Of a stretch of DNA of 61,246 nt, positions 38,015 through 46,101 are shown piece by piece. A model generated the notes under the pieces. It worked only from the letters and a program-made list of their open reading frames with translations. It ran no database searches and was not told where the DNA came from. Position 1 is the stretch's first letter; each line of letters starts with the position of its first letter. The position numbers and the translations under genes were made by a program. Source of the DNA: an uncultured Planctomycetales bacterium (GTDB lineage: Bacteria > Omnitrophota > Gorgyraeia > Zapsychrales > CAYJUK01); assembly GCA_964373335.1 (NCBI GenBank), contig CAYJUK010000001.1:719-61964 (forward strand). The letters are read 5' to 3'.

Positions 38015-38769
38015 AAGAGATCCGCCATATCTGTTTGGATAAAGATGGAACCCTCATCGATGTTCATCTCTATTGGTCGTCCATTATTCACAAACGCTCA
38101 TTAAAAATCCTTGAACAATATTCAATCTCCAGGGAATATCTAGGTGATTTATGCCTGGCGATGGGGATTGATCTTCCTCGGCAGAAGATCATTAAGGATG
38201 GGCCGGTGGGGTATAAACCGCGCCAGATCGTGATCGAGGCGGCTGTCCGAACTCTCAAAGGATTAAATAAAGCCGCCACCTTTCGTCTGGTCAGCGAATT
38301 ATTTGAAGCTGTTGACCGAGAGATGCAGCAGAGGGAAGATTATCAAATAAAGGTTTTACCGAATATTGGACCTGCCTTGAAGGTTATGAAGGAACTGGAT
38401 TTGAAAATCTCCATATACACCTCAGACCGTTTAGAGAATCTGAAAAGCATTATGCGAAAATTGAAGCTAGAAACTTTTTTTGATGGATTGATTGGAGGAG
38501 ATTTAGTCAAGAATCCCAAACCGGATCCGGAAGGGTTCTTACTGGCCTGTGAGGCGGTAGGTGTTTCTTTAGAGCATTCCATTTATGTCGGTGATACTGT
38601 GGATGACATGCAGATGGCCAAGCTGTCTTCAGATGGTCAGGGATGGGGAGTAACGACGGGTCTGTGTTCTCAGAAAGAGTTGCTGAAGCACACACCGTAT
38701 GTTTTCCCTTCTTTACTGGCTATGAGTGATCATTTGATGAAAGGACGCAACCGGTGTATAACGCATTAG
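38011..38769 (+). CDS. HAD-superfamily phosphatase (phosphoglycolate-phosphatase-like)
   Basis: ATGA overlap. ICLDKDGTLIDV (DxDGT), IYTSD, KPDPEGF, YVGDTVDD. Confidence 0.8.
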   Translation: MKEIRHICLDKDGTLIDVHLYWSSIIHKRSLKILEQYSISREYLGDLCLAMGIDLPRQKIIKDGPVGYKPRQIVIEAAVRTLKGLNKAATFRLVSELFEAVDREMQQREDYQIKVLPNIGPALKVMKELDLKISIYTSDRLENLKSIMRKLKLETFFDGLIGGDLVKNPKPDPEGFLLACEAVGVSLEHSIYVGDTVDDMQMAKLSSDGQGWGVTTGLCSQKELLKHTPYVFPSLLAMSDHLMKGRNRCITH

Positions 38770-39623
38770 TCAAAATCGTCTGCCGAGATGAGCACAAGAT
38801 GATTTTCCGGGTTTATCCTGACGCGATCAAGATCAAATACCAGGCCGGTCAGTATGGGGCCTTAGGCCTCAGTAACCATGTCAATCGGATTGATCGAGAA
38901 ACCTTGTTCCGAAAGAATGGTGAGCTCCTGATCAAAAGGGCTTATTCCCTCTCCAGTCCAATCCTGGATGAACAGGATCACCTCTTGGATCCTTCCCACT
39001 TGAATTATTATGAATTCTATGTGGATTTGGTCTTAGCCGATGAGGAGTCAAAACCCCGTCTTTCTCCGCGGCTATTTTTCCTTAATGACAATGATCGTAT
39101 TTATGTTGGCCCCAAGATCGTTGGGCATTATACCTTACAGACAAGGGAAAAAGAGAGGAATGTCCTCTTTATTTCAACGACAACCGGAGAGTCTCCTCAT
39201 AATTCCATGATCTTGGAACTCTTGAAAAATAATGAAGCCATGGCTATGAGCAATCTTGTTGTCAGTGAAAAGGGCTGGATATCGGCCTATCATAATGTTC
39301 ATAGGCGTCTTATGAAACTGATTCCTCATTATAAATATATAACCTTTCAGAATGATGCGGGTTTTAGGAATTTAGAAACCTTTTTAGAACAGTGTCTGCG
39401 AGATTCGCGTTTTTCTCAAGAGGCCATGGGATGGGAGGTTAATGCAAAGAATACGCATATTTATCTTTGCGGGGATCCCCGGATGATCGGAGCACCGTTA
39501 AAATTAGGTGGATGGAAGTATGAATACCCGGATTATGGCTTAATGAGATTATTGCAGAAGTTTAAATTTCAGCCGTCCACAAGGTTCCAATTGGGCAATG
39601 TCAGTTTTGAATCCTATTGGTAG
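38754..39623 (+). CDS. ferredoxin-NADP(+) reductase-like flavoenzyme
   Basis: RAYSLSS (the RxYS FAD motif), FISTTTGESP (NAD(P) GxG-like) and YLCGDPRMI. GTG start overlapping the upstream gene by 16 nt. Confidence 0.7.
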   Translation: MYNALVKIVCRDEHKMIFRVYPDAIKIKYQAGQYGALGLSNHVNRIDRETLFRKNGELLIKRAYSLSSPILDEQDHLLDPSHLNYYEFYVDLVLADEESKPRLSPRLFFLNDNDRIYVGPKIVGHYTLQTREKERNVLFISTTTGESPHNSMILELLKNNEAMAMSNLVVSEKGWISAYHNVHRRLMKLIPHYKYITFQNDAGFRNLETFLEQCLRDSRFSQEAMGWEVNAKNTHIYLCGDPRMIGAPLKLGGWKYEYPDYGLMRLLQKFKFQPSTRFQLGNVSFESYW

Positions 39624-39629
39624 GAGAGA

Positions 39630-40688
39630 ATGATGGATCGATTTGAGTTAGAGAAAAAGATTCTATCCCAAGGGCATTTTTTCAAGTTGATTTGCGGGGC
39701 TGGTAATGAGGATGCCGAGGAAGTCTATAAGCTCACCCTAGTCTATGCCTTGGCTGGTGCCCTGGGCGTGGATGTCTCAGCCAAACCGCAGGTCGTCACC
39801 TCGGCGAAAAGAGCGGTTTTGAAGGCGAGATCCCTGGCTCCACAATTCGGTATCCAGAAATTTGTTGATCCCTATATCACTGTTTCAGTTGGGATGCCGG
39901 GAGATCAGCATGTGCGTAAGGCCCATATCATTACCGAGAATTGCACCGAATGCAATGCCTGTATTCCTGTTTGTCCAACGGATGCGATTCCTAAAGAACT
40001 TGTCATCATTCGTCAGCGATGTATTGGCTGCGGGGCATGTTCTGTCGCTTGTCAAGATGATGCCATTGGTTATACGCATAATCAAATCGATATGGAGCGA
40101 GTGTTGAATGAATGCATCGAAGCCGGCGCTGAGAATATTGAATTACACTCGAATATCCCAGATCATGAACCCACCCTGGTGGAATGGGAATTGATCAATA
40201 AGCTTTTACCGGACAGCTACGTGAGTGTGTGCACTGATCGAGGATATTTATCCAATCATGAACTCATGAAACGAATTAAGATGATGTTAGAGGTAGCCCC
40301 AGGAAGGATGATTGTGCAAGCAGATGGTATCCCTATGAGCGGAGGAAAGGATGATTACAATACCACACTGCAGGCTGTCGCCACAGCCGATATCGTGGCT
40401 AAAAGTCAGCTTCCTGTTTTTATCCTCCTCTCGGGAGGGACGAATTCAAAGAGTATCGAGCTATCCAAGGCGTGCGGTGTCCCTTACGCCGGTGTTTCTA
40501 TTGGAACATTTGCCCGGCATCGGGTTTATCCCATTATTAATCAGCCGGAATTTCCTGAACAGGGTCTTCTGAAGCAGGCTGTGCAAGTGGCCCGTCAACT
40601 GGTAGCGACCTGTTATCCCTTTGATAAGGAATATGAAGATTCACGGACAGAATTAGCCAGGAGAACATATACCGCGATTGAACCCTAG
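39630..40688 (+). CDS. 2x[4Fe-4S] ferredoxin-domain protein, LdpA-like
   Basis: FKLICGAGNEDAEEV..VDVSA N-terminus plus CTECNACIPVCP and CIGCGACSVAC clusters. GGAGAG lies upstream of the ATG. Confidence 0.72.
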   Translation: MMDRFELEKKILSQGHFFKLICGAGNEDAEEVYKLTLVYALAGALGVDVSAKPQVVTSAKRAVLKARSLAPQFGIQKFVDPYITVSVGMPGDQHVRKAHIITENCTECNACIPVCPTDAIPKELVIIRQRCIGCGACSVACQDDAIGYTHNQIDMERVLNECIEAGAENIELHSNIPDHEPTLVEWELINKLLPDSYVSVCTDRGYLSNHELMKRIKMMLEVAPGRMIVQADGIPMSGGKDDYNTTLQAVATADIVAKSQLPVFILLSGGTNSKSIELSKACGVPYAGVSIGTFARHRVYPIINQPEFPEQGLLKQAVQVARQLVATCYPFDKEYEDSRTELARRTYTAIEP

Positions 40689-40755
40689 AGAAACGTGGTA
40701 TTATCCCTCGTTTTTCTGGGATCAAAGAAATTTTTAATATTGCGAACTTAATGAA

Positions 40756-41586
40756 ATGAGAGGGATAGAGTTGACAACGAACAGTCAAGCGAGTCTTAAA
40801 GAGCGATTGAAGAAAGGAGAGGTTGTTTTAGGAACTTGGGGGACTCTTCCTTCGGCTTCGGTGATGAATGTCCTCGGCCTCAGTGGTTTGGATTTTGTGA
40901 TCATTGATATGGAACACGGGCCTATTGATATAGGACAGGCAGAACAGATGGTGCAAACTTTAGAGGTCAGTGGAACAGTCCCTATTATTCGTGTCTCTAC
41001 CAACGATCCGTCATTAATCCTAAGGGCCCTGGATATTGGTGCCCAGGGAGTTCAGATCCCCCATATCTCAACGGAAGAGGATGCCCGACTGGCTGTTCGC
41101 AGTGCTAAATATGCCCCGGAAGGAGAGCGGGGATTCACACCATTCACTCGAGCTGGGCAGTATGGATTAGCCGCGGAAGGATATGCGGAAAAGGCCAATG
41201 AACAGACAATGGTGATTTTGAATGTCGAGGGGGTAAAAGGATTACATAATCTTAAAGAAATCCTTAAGGTGAATGATATTGATGTTGTTTTCATCGGGCC
41301 GTATGATCTGTCTCAATCTTTAGGCAAAACCGGACAGGTAGAAGATCCTAAGATCGTAGATTATATCCGTTCCAGTGTGCAATTGATGAAAAGTCAGGGG
41401 GTGGCGTGCGGTTCTTTTGCGGGGAATGGGGAATTTCTTAAAATCCTCATGGATTGCGGAGTACAGTATATTACTTTTTCCGTCGATTCTGCGGTGATGA
41501 TGAAGGCCTATCAGGATATTCTCTCTCAATTTCATATGATGAAGAAAGGATCTAGGCGTGGACAATCGATTCCCAACAGAACTTGA
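40756..41586 (+). CDS. HpcH/HpaI-family class II (pyruvate-dependent) aldolase
   Basis: VLGTWGTLPSASVMNVLGLSGLDFVIIDMEHGP, then GAQGVQIPHISTEEDA and FIGPYDLS. Confidence 0.8.
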   Translation: MRGIELTTNSQASLKERLKKGEVVLGTWGTLPSASVMNVLGLSGLDFVIIDMEHGPIDIGQAEQMVQTLEVSGTVPIIRVSTNDPSLILRALDIGAQGVQIPHISTEEDARLAVRSAKYAPEGERGFTPFTRAGQYGLAAEGYAEKANEQTMVILNVEGVKGLHNLKEILKVNDIDVVFIGPYDLSQSLGKTGQVEDPKIVDYIRSSVQLMKSQGVACGSFAGNGEFLKILMDCGVQYITFSVDSAVMMKAYQDILSQFHMMKKGSRRGQSIPNRT

Positions 41587-43282
41587 AATCTTAGATTGTA
41601 CCATTCGGGATGGCGGGTATTTGAACCAATGGCAGTTCGATAAGAAGCTGGTCAAAGAACTCTACCGGAATCTTTCCCGCACTGGAGTGGATATCATCGA
41701 GATTGGGCTGCGAAATATTCAAAAAAAGGACTGCGGCCTATGGTATTCCACCCCGGAAGAATTGATCAATGAACTCTTTCAAGATTGTTCCGGAGCCGCT
41801 CTGGCCTTGCTGATTGATGAAGCTCGGTCTGACTTGTCTTGTATCCCTGAGGCTAAGGAAAGTTTGGTCAGGTTATACCGTATCGCCTGTCATAAAAACA
41901 GGGTTCTGGAAACTATCCATTTGTGCGAAGCGATTAAGGCCAAGGGATATAGGACTTCGTTACAGTTGATGGGTATTGTCGGTTATTCGGAAAAGGATTT
42001 TGAATCGATTATCAAGCCTGTTGCCCAGTCGTCCGTAGATTATATTTATTTTGCCGATAGTTATGGTTCCCTTTTTCCTCCCGACATTAAAAGATGTATC
42101 CAATGGTTAAGGCCAACCGGGAAAAAGATCGGATTTCACCCCCATAATAACCTGCAATTGGCCTTTGCAAATACCCTGGAGGCTATCAATAACGGTATTG
42201 ATATCGTTGATGGAACAGTCAATGGGATGGGTCGGGGGGCAGGCAATCTCCCTTTAGAGGTTTTGATAATCTATTTAGAAAAAACACTCAATCATAGAAA
42301 ATATAACTCACTTCCGATCCTGGACTTGATCGACCGGTATTTTAAGGCTTTACGCGTTGAATTTCAGTGGGGTTATAGTCTCCCGTATATGTTATCGGGG
42401 ATTTCTGAGGTTCATCCTGATTATGCCAAGACGCTTATTGATCAGTATCAATATAGCGTTGATGAGATGGTGAAGATTTTGGATATGATTAAAGATCTCA
42501 ACCCCATTGGCTTTAATAAAGAGTTATTAGATCGGGTGATCAGCAGTGGGTTTATCAGACCTATGGATATTCAGACAGAGCGGGGACATAATATTCTTGA
42601 AATAGAGAATCTTTTTAAAAAGCATCCGGTAAGGCATAAAGATCGTCATACGGGAAGAGACTTTTTAATCTTGGCCAATGGGCCCAGCCTCAAAGAGCAC
42701 AAGGATGAAATAGATGAGTTCATAAAGATTTATGATCCCATCGTGATGGGGGCGAATTACCTGGCAGGATTATTTAAACCCCATTATCATGCCTTCAGTA
42801 ATAAAAAGAGATTCATGACCTACGTAGATCAGGTGGATGAGCAGTCTCAGCTTTTGCTTTCTTGCATCTTTGATGAAGAATTCATCCGGGATTATACAAA
42901 AAGGAAATACGAGACGATCGTGCATTTGAACCGTTTTTCCGACAATTTTGAGATCGTTAACGATGTCATAACCTCAAACTGTAGGACGATTTCTATTCTC
43001 CTGATTGGGGTGGCCATCATGATGGGAGCCAAAAGGATTTTTATCGCTGGGATGGACGGATACAAAAGTCATGAGGATTTTATCTTGAACAATCTCCATT
43101 TTTATCAAGAGACTGCTGAGACGAAAAATTTCAAAGCCCTGCTGGAATTGCACAATTGGAATGAGAGGTTGTTGAGCAGCATCAATGCTTATCTTTTAGC
43201 GCGGAATAAAGAAGGCCTGAGCATTATTACACCAACAAGTCATAAGTATTTCTATAATAGCATTTATAACCTGCAAAGGTAG
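41558..43282 (+). CDS. HMGL-like (pyruvate carboxyltransferase/aldolase TIM-barrel) domain fused to a DUF115/Maf-like domain
   Basis: N-terminal ILDCTIRDGGY..FHPHNNLQLAFANTLEA..VDGTVNGMGRGAGN. The C-terminal ~230 aa, FLILANGPSLKEH..MGANY..IFIAGMDGY, resemble the MptE/motility-accessory-factor domain. GTG start with a 29-nt overlap. Confidence 0.68.
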   Translation: MDNRFPTELEILDCTIRDGGYLNQWQFDKKLVKELYRNLSRTGVDIIEIGLRNIQKKDCGLWYSTPEELINELFQDCSGAALALLIDEARSDLSCIPEAKESLVRLYRIACHKNRVLETIHLCEAIKAKGYRTSLQLMGIVGYSEKDFESIIKPVAQSSVDYIYFADSYGSLFPPDIKRCIQWLRPTGKKIGFHPHNNLQLAFANTLEAINNGIDIVDGTVNGMGRGAGNLPLEVLIIYLEKTLNHRKYNSLPILDLIDRYFKALRVEFQWGYSLPYMLSGISEVHPDYAKTLIDQYQYSVDEMVKILDMIKDLNPIGFNKELLDRVISSGFIRPMDIQTERGHNILEIENLFKKHPVRHKDRHTGRDFLILANGPSLKEHKDEIDEFIKIYDPIVMGANYLAGLFKPHYHAFSNKKRFMTYVDQVDEQSQLLLSCIFDEEFIRDYTKRKYETIVHLNRFSDNFEIVNDVITSNCRTISILLIGVAIMMGAKRIFIAGMDGYKSHEDFILNNLHFYQETAETKNFKALLELHNWNERLLSSINAYLLARNKEGLSIITPTSHKYFYNSIYNLQR

Positions 43283-43340
43283 GAAGGTAGGGAAGAGGAA
43301 GACCATTCTTCGCTGTCCAACTCCTTTTCTGGGAATCATA

Positions 43341-44075
43341 ATGAGAGTGATCGGTGTTATACCAGCGCGTTTAAAATCTACCCGGCTTCCCAATAAGGCC
43401 CTGGTGGATATTGAAGGGCTCCCCATGATTGTCCATGTCTTTAAACGAGCGGCGTTGTCTCAAGTCCTCGATGATGTCTTTGTCGCCACGGATAGTCCGG
43501 AGATTTATCAAACAGTCGTTCGTTTTGGCGGGAAGGCGGTTATGACAGCTTCTCACCATCAAACTGGTACGGATAGAGTTGCAGAAGCGGTTTCGTCTTT
43601 AACAACAGATATTGTTGTTAACATTCAAGGGGATGAACCTTTATTGGTCCCAGAGCATATTGATCAGGTTGTTGAACCCCTCTTGAGGGATAAGAATATT
43701 CAGGTGGCTATTTTAGTGGCTCCTTTTTCGAGAAAAAATAGTCCTTCGGATATTAAGGCCGTTCTGGATTTAGACCATAATATATTATATTGTTCCCGGA
43801 CAGATCTCCCTAGCCAGGCCCGGAATCCGGTGGAAATGATGTGGAAGATGTGTTTCATCGTCCCCTTTCGAAAGGATTTTCTTCTTCAATATACTTCCTG
43901 GTCTCAGACACCTTTGGAAAAGATTGAATTGAATGAATATTTACGGATTTTGGAACATAGTCATAAAATTAAAGCGGTTTGTGTACAGAAGGCCCATATC
44001 AGCGTCGATACTCCTCAGGATCTTGAAGAAGTTAAAGAGATCATGAAACAGGATCCCATCAAGCCCATGTACTGA
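43341..44075 (+). CDS. KdsB-family 3-deoxy-ulosonic acid cytidylyltransferase
   Basis: VIGVIPARLKSTRLPNKALVDIEGLPMIVHV, HQTGTDRVAEA, VNIQGDEPL. Confidence 0.82.
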   Translation: MRVIGVIPARLKSTRLPNKALVDIEGLPMIVHVFKRAALSQVLDDVFVATDSPEIYQTVVRFGGKAVMTASHHQTGTDRVAEAVSSLTTDIVVNIQGDEPLLVPEHIDQVVEPLLRDKNIQVAILVAPFSRKNSPSDIKAVLDLDHNILYCSRTDLPSQARNPVEMMWKMCFIVPFRKDFLLQYTSWSQTPLEKIELNEYLRILEHSHKIKAVCVQKAHISVDTPQDLEEVKEIMKQDPIKPMY

Positions 44076-44132
44076 GCTCCATACATACCTTAAGATAAAA
44101 CTGTTAATCAAAGAAGCAATATTTATCACCTT

Positions 44133-45956
44133 ATGATCATCCTTTCTAATATCCCGGGAGTTATTCTGAATTTCCTCCTTCATGGTTACCCTGTTAGCCA
44201 ATGGATCTATTTAGGGAAAAGTGATAAAGTTCTCTATAAATTAAAACGTTTTCTCCCTTCCCAGGCTCATTCCATTGATTATGCCCGTAAGCTCTATGAA
44301 TTAAGCGAAAAATGGAGAGATCAATATATCCGCTGGATCGATGAAATTTCTTTTTCCGGGCCGATCAGTAAAGAATGGCTTTTCTCTGTCCCCGCGGTTA
44401 AAAATCCCTATATTAGCAATGTTTATCTTTATCTTTGCTACTTCTTTGTATTGGAAGAATATCTTCGGGAAGATAAAAAAATAGATCTGGTGATCGTTGA
44501 TTCTCCTGCCTTAAGTTTCCTGTTGAAAAAGTATTTTTCCAAACGCATCCGATCCCATCCTATCAATGCTTTCCTGGGAAGCAGAATTTATCTGGAAGTC
44601 TTTTTCCGGACTATTTTAAGATTCTTTCGGCATGCCATTGATTTTGCCAGGGCTTGGGTTGCGGCCAAGAGGGTCTTTAAAGACAGATGCAGAAAGCTAC
44701 TCCGAGATAAGAAGATTATACTTATTAGAAATTATATTACGGTTCAGTATTTAAAATCCAAAACGGAAGAATTTGATCTACGGTACTTCCCTAAACTTTA
44801 TTCTTATCTTCAAGAACATAATAGTGTTCCTGTCTTTCTCCCATTGGCTGTGGTGAGGAATTATCGTAAATTATATAAGAAGGTGAGGGAGAGTAAACAA
44901 CTGATTATTTTTCCAGAGGAATTTTATAAAGTCCGGGATTATTTCAATACTTTTTCCAGTCCTCTGCGTGCCTTATGTTATCCATTAAAAATCCCGGAGT
45001 TATCGGGTTACTCTTTCGCTCCTCTGATTCGGGAAGAATATTATGCTAACCTGACTCAATCTGGCATCCTTAATGCCATTCTTCTATCCTGTTTTGGCAG
45101 ACGGTTAAAACAAAGCGCCATTGATCTTAAAGGGATCATCAATTGGGCGGAATTTCAAGCCTTTGAAAAGGGATTGGTGAGTGGATTAAGAGAGGCGTTC
45201 CCTGCGGCCAAGTTCATCGGCAGTCAGCCCTTTTTGACTGCTCCTAATCATATGTCACTGATCCCTAGTCAACAAGAGAGATTATTAAGATTAATTCCCG
45301 ACCGTCTTCTGGTATTAGGCCCTCTCGGGAAAAGACTAATCAACGACTATACTGTTAATGTGAATGTTGATTTTACTCCTGCATTTCGTTATCAATCCGT
45401 TTTCAAGTCTTTTTCTTCCAGAAACGGTGAGCATAAGAATATTTTGGTCTTGATGGGATATAGTTTGACCAATGCGGTCCATACCATGAAGATCTTGTGT
45501 CAGTGTCGAGAATATTTACAGGACTATCAATCCGTATATATTAAACTTCATCCAGTTGCGAATTATAACAAAGAGATTTTGATGAAGGAGACTATTATGG
45601 CCTTGCCTCATAATTTTAAATTTGTTGAAGGGGCCCTGGAGAGTTATCTGGAAAAGATTTCTTTGAGTATTTGTGGAGGTTCTGGAACGGCTGTTGAGGT
45701 TGTTTTGAGAGGTATTCCCGTCATCCTTATAGCTGATAGTAACACATTGACTATGAATTATCTCTCTTATAAGCGGGATCCCTATTTATGGAGGTTGTGT
45801 TTTTCTCAAGATGAGGTCAAGGAAGCTCTGCAATACTTTCGCAAAATCCTCTGTGAGCAGCCAGAACAATTAAGTCAAAAGGCTTTGGAGTTCAGAAGGT
45901 TATATTTTGCTGAACCGGATAATCGTTATTGGGAAAATTATTTGATTCGGGAATGA
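44133..45956 (+). CDS. uncharacterised 607-aa putative GT-B transferase with an HP signature
   Basis: C-terminal NILVLMGYSL.., VYIKLHPVANY, then ISLSICGGSGTAVEVVLRGIPVILI. Same layout as the product of 32611. Confidence 0.58.
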   Translation: MIILSNIPGVILNFLLHGYPVSQWIYLGKSDKVLYKLKRFLPSQAHSIDYARKLYELSEKWRDQYIRWIDEISFSGPISKEWLFSVPAVKNPYISNVYLYLCYFFVLEEYLREDKKIDLVIVDSPALSFLLKKYFSKRIRSHPINAFLGSRIYLEVFFRTILRFFRHAIDFARAWVAAKRVFKDRCRKLLRDKKIILIRNYITVQYLKSKTEEFDLRYFPKLYSYLQEHNSVPVFLPLAVVRNYRKLYKKVRESKQLIIFPEEFYKVRDYFNTFSSPLRALCYPLKIPELSGYSFAPLIREEYYANLTQSGILNAILLSCFGRRLKQSAIDLKGIINWAEFQAFEKGLVSGLREAFPAAKFIGSQPFLTAPNHMSLIPSQQERLLRLIPDRLLVLGPLGKRLINDYTVNVNVDFTPAFRYQSVFKSFSSRNGEHKNILVLMGYSLTNAVHTMKILCQCREYLQDYQSVYIKLHPVANYNKEILMKETIMALPHNFKFVEGALESYLEKISLSICGGSGTAVEVVLRGIPVILIADSNTLTMNYLSYKRDPYLWRLCFSQDEVKEALQYFRKILCEQPEQLSQKALEFRRLYFAEPDNRYWENYLIRE

Positions 45957-46002
45957 CAGGTTCTTAATCCAAAAATCACGCATCTTCTATAAAGGTGAGG
46001 AA

Positions 46003-46032
46003 AGTAAAGATTAGTAAAGATTAGTAAAGATT
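46003..46032 (+). repeat. 10-bp perfect tandem repeat x3 (agtaaagatt)
   Basis: Read directly: 46003-46012, 46013-46022 and 46023-46032. One helical turn per unit, immediately upstream of a candidate promoter. Confidence 0.9.
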
Positions 46033-46036
46033 AAAC

Positions 46037-46064
46037 TTGGAAAAGAAAAGAAGTTTGTTATAAT
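46037..46064 (+). promoter_or_regulatory. candidate extended -10 promoter (TTGGAA, 16 nt, TGtTATAAT) for the radical SAM gene at 46102
   Basis: -35-like 46037-46042, TGn 46056-46058, TATAAT 46059-46064. TAAGGT lies about 12 nt before the ATG. Confidence 0.4.
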
Positions 46065-46101
46065 CATTTTTAATATATATAGAAAATAAGGTTAATCATT
46101 T

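Noticed and set aside
46003-46032. Possible CRISPR array or other spacer-repeat structure.
   Set aside because: There are only three contiguous 10-bp units without spacers. I saw no repeat-spacer periodicity anywhere in the window.
11304-46101. Cobalamin riboswitch upstream of the class-B radical SAM genes (gaps at 11304-11585, 16350-16417, 45957-46101) and at 27150-27271 (contains GGCCACGGG).
   Set aside because: I could not find a B12-box with the surrounding conserved helices, and the gaps are too short or too AT-rich. A covariance-model scan would be needed to settle it.
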